Below, one piece after another: positions 62,225 to 64,000 of a DNA stretch of 64,000 bases. Source of the DNA: the human T2T-CHM13v2.0 reference genome, Homo sapiens; assembly GCF_009914755.1 (NCBI RefSeq), contig NC_060935.1; one strand, given 5' to 3'. Position numbers and translations under genes: made by a program. How positions within the stretch are numbered: position 1 is the stretch's first letter; the number at the start of each line of letters is the position of its first letter. Under the pieces are notes generated by a model. That model searched no databases, had not been told where the DNA came from, and saw only the letters and a list, made by a program, of their open reading frames with translations.

Positions 62225-63910
62225 GTGTGCAGAACTCTCCCGGGGAGATAAGCAGTGAGTGGGGAAGTTAGGGGTCTGTGTGCAGAACTCTTCCAGGGAG
62301 ATAAACAGTGAGTGGGGAAGTTGGTGGGAGGTGTGTGCAGAACTCTCCCAGGGAGATGAGCAGTGAGTGGGGAAGTTGTGGGGGTGTGTGTGTGCAGAAC
62401 TCTTCCAGGGAGATGAGCAGTGACTGGGGAAGTTGTGGGGGGGTGTGCAGAACTCTTCCAGGGAGATGAGCAGTGAGTGGGGAAGTTGGGGGGTGTGTGC
62501 AGAACTCTTCCAGGGAGATGAGCAGTGAGTGGGGAAGTTGGGGTGTATGTGCAGAACTCTCCCAGGGAGATGAGCAGTGAGTGGGGAAGTTGAGGGGTGT
62601 GTGCAGAACTCTTCCAGAGAGATGAGCAGTGAGTGGGGACGTTGCAGGGGGGTGTGTGCAGAACTCTCCCAGTGAGATGAGCAGTGACTGGGGAAGTTTG
62701 TGGGGGGTGTGCGGAACTCTTCCAGGGAGATGAACAGTGAGTGGGGAAGTTGGGGGTGGTACAGAACTCTCCCAGGGAGATGAGCAGTGAGTGGCGAAGT
62801 TGGGGAGGAGGGGTACAGAACTCTCCCAGGGAGATGAGTGGTGAGTGGGGAAGTTGGGGGCGGGGCATACAGAACTCTCCCAGGGAGATGAGCGGTGAGT
62901 GGGGAAGTTGGGGGGGATACAGAACTCTCCCAGGGAGATGAGCGGTGAGTGGGGAAGTTGGTGGGGGCGGGGTACAGAAGTCTCCCAGGGAGATGAGCAG
63001 TGAGTGGGGAAGTTGGGAGGGGAGTACAGAACTCTCCCAGGGAGATGAGTGGTGAGTGGGGAAGTTGGGGGAGGGTACAGAACTCTCCCAGGGAGATGAG
63101 CAGTGAGTGGGGAAGTTGGTGGGGGGGGTGTGTGCAGAACTCTCCCAGGGAGATGAGCAGTGAGTGGGGAAGTTGGGTGGGGGGGGTGCAGAACTCTCCT
63201 GGGGAGATGAGCAGTGAGTGGGGAAGTTGGGGGGGGTATAGAACTCTCCCAGGGAGATGAGCAGTGAGTGGGGAAGTTGGGCGGGGGGGTGGTACAGAAC
63301 TCTCCCGGGGAGATGAGCAGTGAGTGGGGAAGTTGGCGGGGGGGGGGGTGTGCAGAACTCTCCCGGGGAGATGAGCAGTGACTGGGGAAGTTGGGAGGGG
63401 GTGTGCAGAACTCTCCCAGGGAGATGAGCAGTGAGTGGGGAAGTTGGGAGGGGGTGCAGAACTCTCCCAGGGAGATGAGCAGTGAGTGGGGAAGTTGGCG
63501 GGGGTACAGAACTCTCCCAGGGAGATGAGCAGTGAGTGGGGAAGTTGGTGGGGGGGTTGTGTGCAGAACTCTCCCAGGGAGATGAGCAGTGAGTGGGGAA
63601 GTTGGTGGGAGGTGGGGGGTGTGTACAGAACTCTCCCGGGGATATGAGCAGTGAGTGGGGAAGTTGGGGTGGGGGGGTACAGAACTCTCCCGGGGAGATG
63701 AGCAGTGAGTGGGGAAGTTGGGGGAGTACAGAACTCTCCCAGGGAAATGAGCAGTGAGTGGGGAAATTGCTTGGGAGGGTACAGAACTCTCCCAGGGAGA
63801 TGAGCAGTGAGTGGGGAAGTTGTGGGGGGTGCAGAAGTCTCCCAGGGAGATGAGCAGTGAGTGGGGAAGTTGGGGGGGTGCAGAAGTCTCCCAGGGAGAT
63901 GAGCAGTGAG
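62225..63910. repeat. G-rich minisatellite, about 50-62-bp unit, about 32 copies
   Basis: Conserved core cagaactctcccagggagatgagcagtgagtggggaagttg plus a variable G/GT spacer. Confidence 0.97.
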
Positions 63911-64000
63911 CAGGGAAGGTGGGCAGGGGGTCCGTGAAGCCAAGGAACTTCTGGAGACAGAAGTGGGTGGAGTGTCTTCATAAGCAAATGGGCATGACGT

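Noticed and set aside
62225-63910. Constant core plus variable spacer resembling a CRISPR array
   Set aside because: Spacers are 10-20-nt G/GT slippage tracts, not unique sequences
61927-63987. 686-aa and 584-aa minus-strand ORFs
   Set aside because: The C-rich strand of the repeat unit has no stop codon in any frame; the ORFs drift among three frame peptides, as expected for a VNTR artefact

Overview
Human (or great-ape) genomic DNA, almost entirely intronic. One genuine coding exon is present: a 78-nt minus-strand exon at 53516-53593 encoding DSCARVLLFRGGNKELKNYNSQTPFQ. I recognise this as part of the ankyrin-repeat region of SHANK2 (11q13), so the window lies inside SHANK2 with the minus strand as sense. 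I did not find the flanking SHANK2 exons in the window. The rest is about 30 Alus, old L1/L2/MIR fragments, MaLR/ERVL solo LTRs (THE1, MST, MLT1, MLT2), DNA-transposon remnants, microsatellites and three large minisatellites (about 39.2-40.3 kb, 44.4-45.1 kb, 62.2-63.9 kb). Apart from the ORF overlapping the SHANK2 exon, the supplied ORFs appear to be repeat-derived or chance ORFs. I see no novel multi-gene system. The best leads are: motif arrays in the minisatellites (CRE sites from an LTR end, sense-strand YCAY clusters, antisense ACTAAC/3' splice-site units); several candidate cryptic or poison exons, one next to a sense (UG)25 tract; local templated-insertion scars; and the possibility that most of the window falls in a GRCh38 assembly gap. 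Repeat subfamily names and boundaries were assigned by eye and are approximate.
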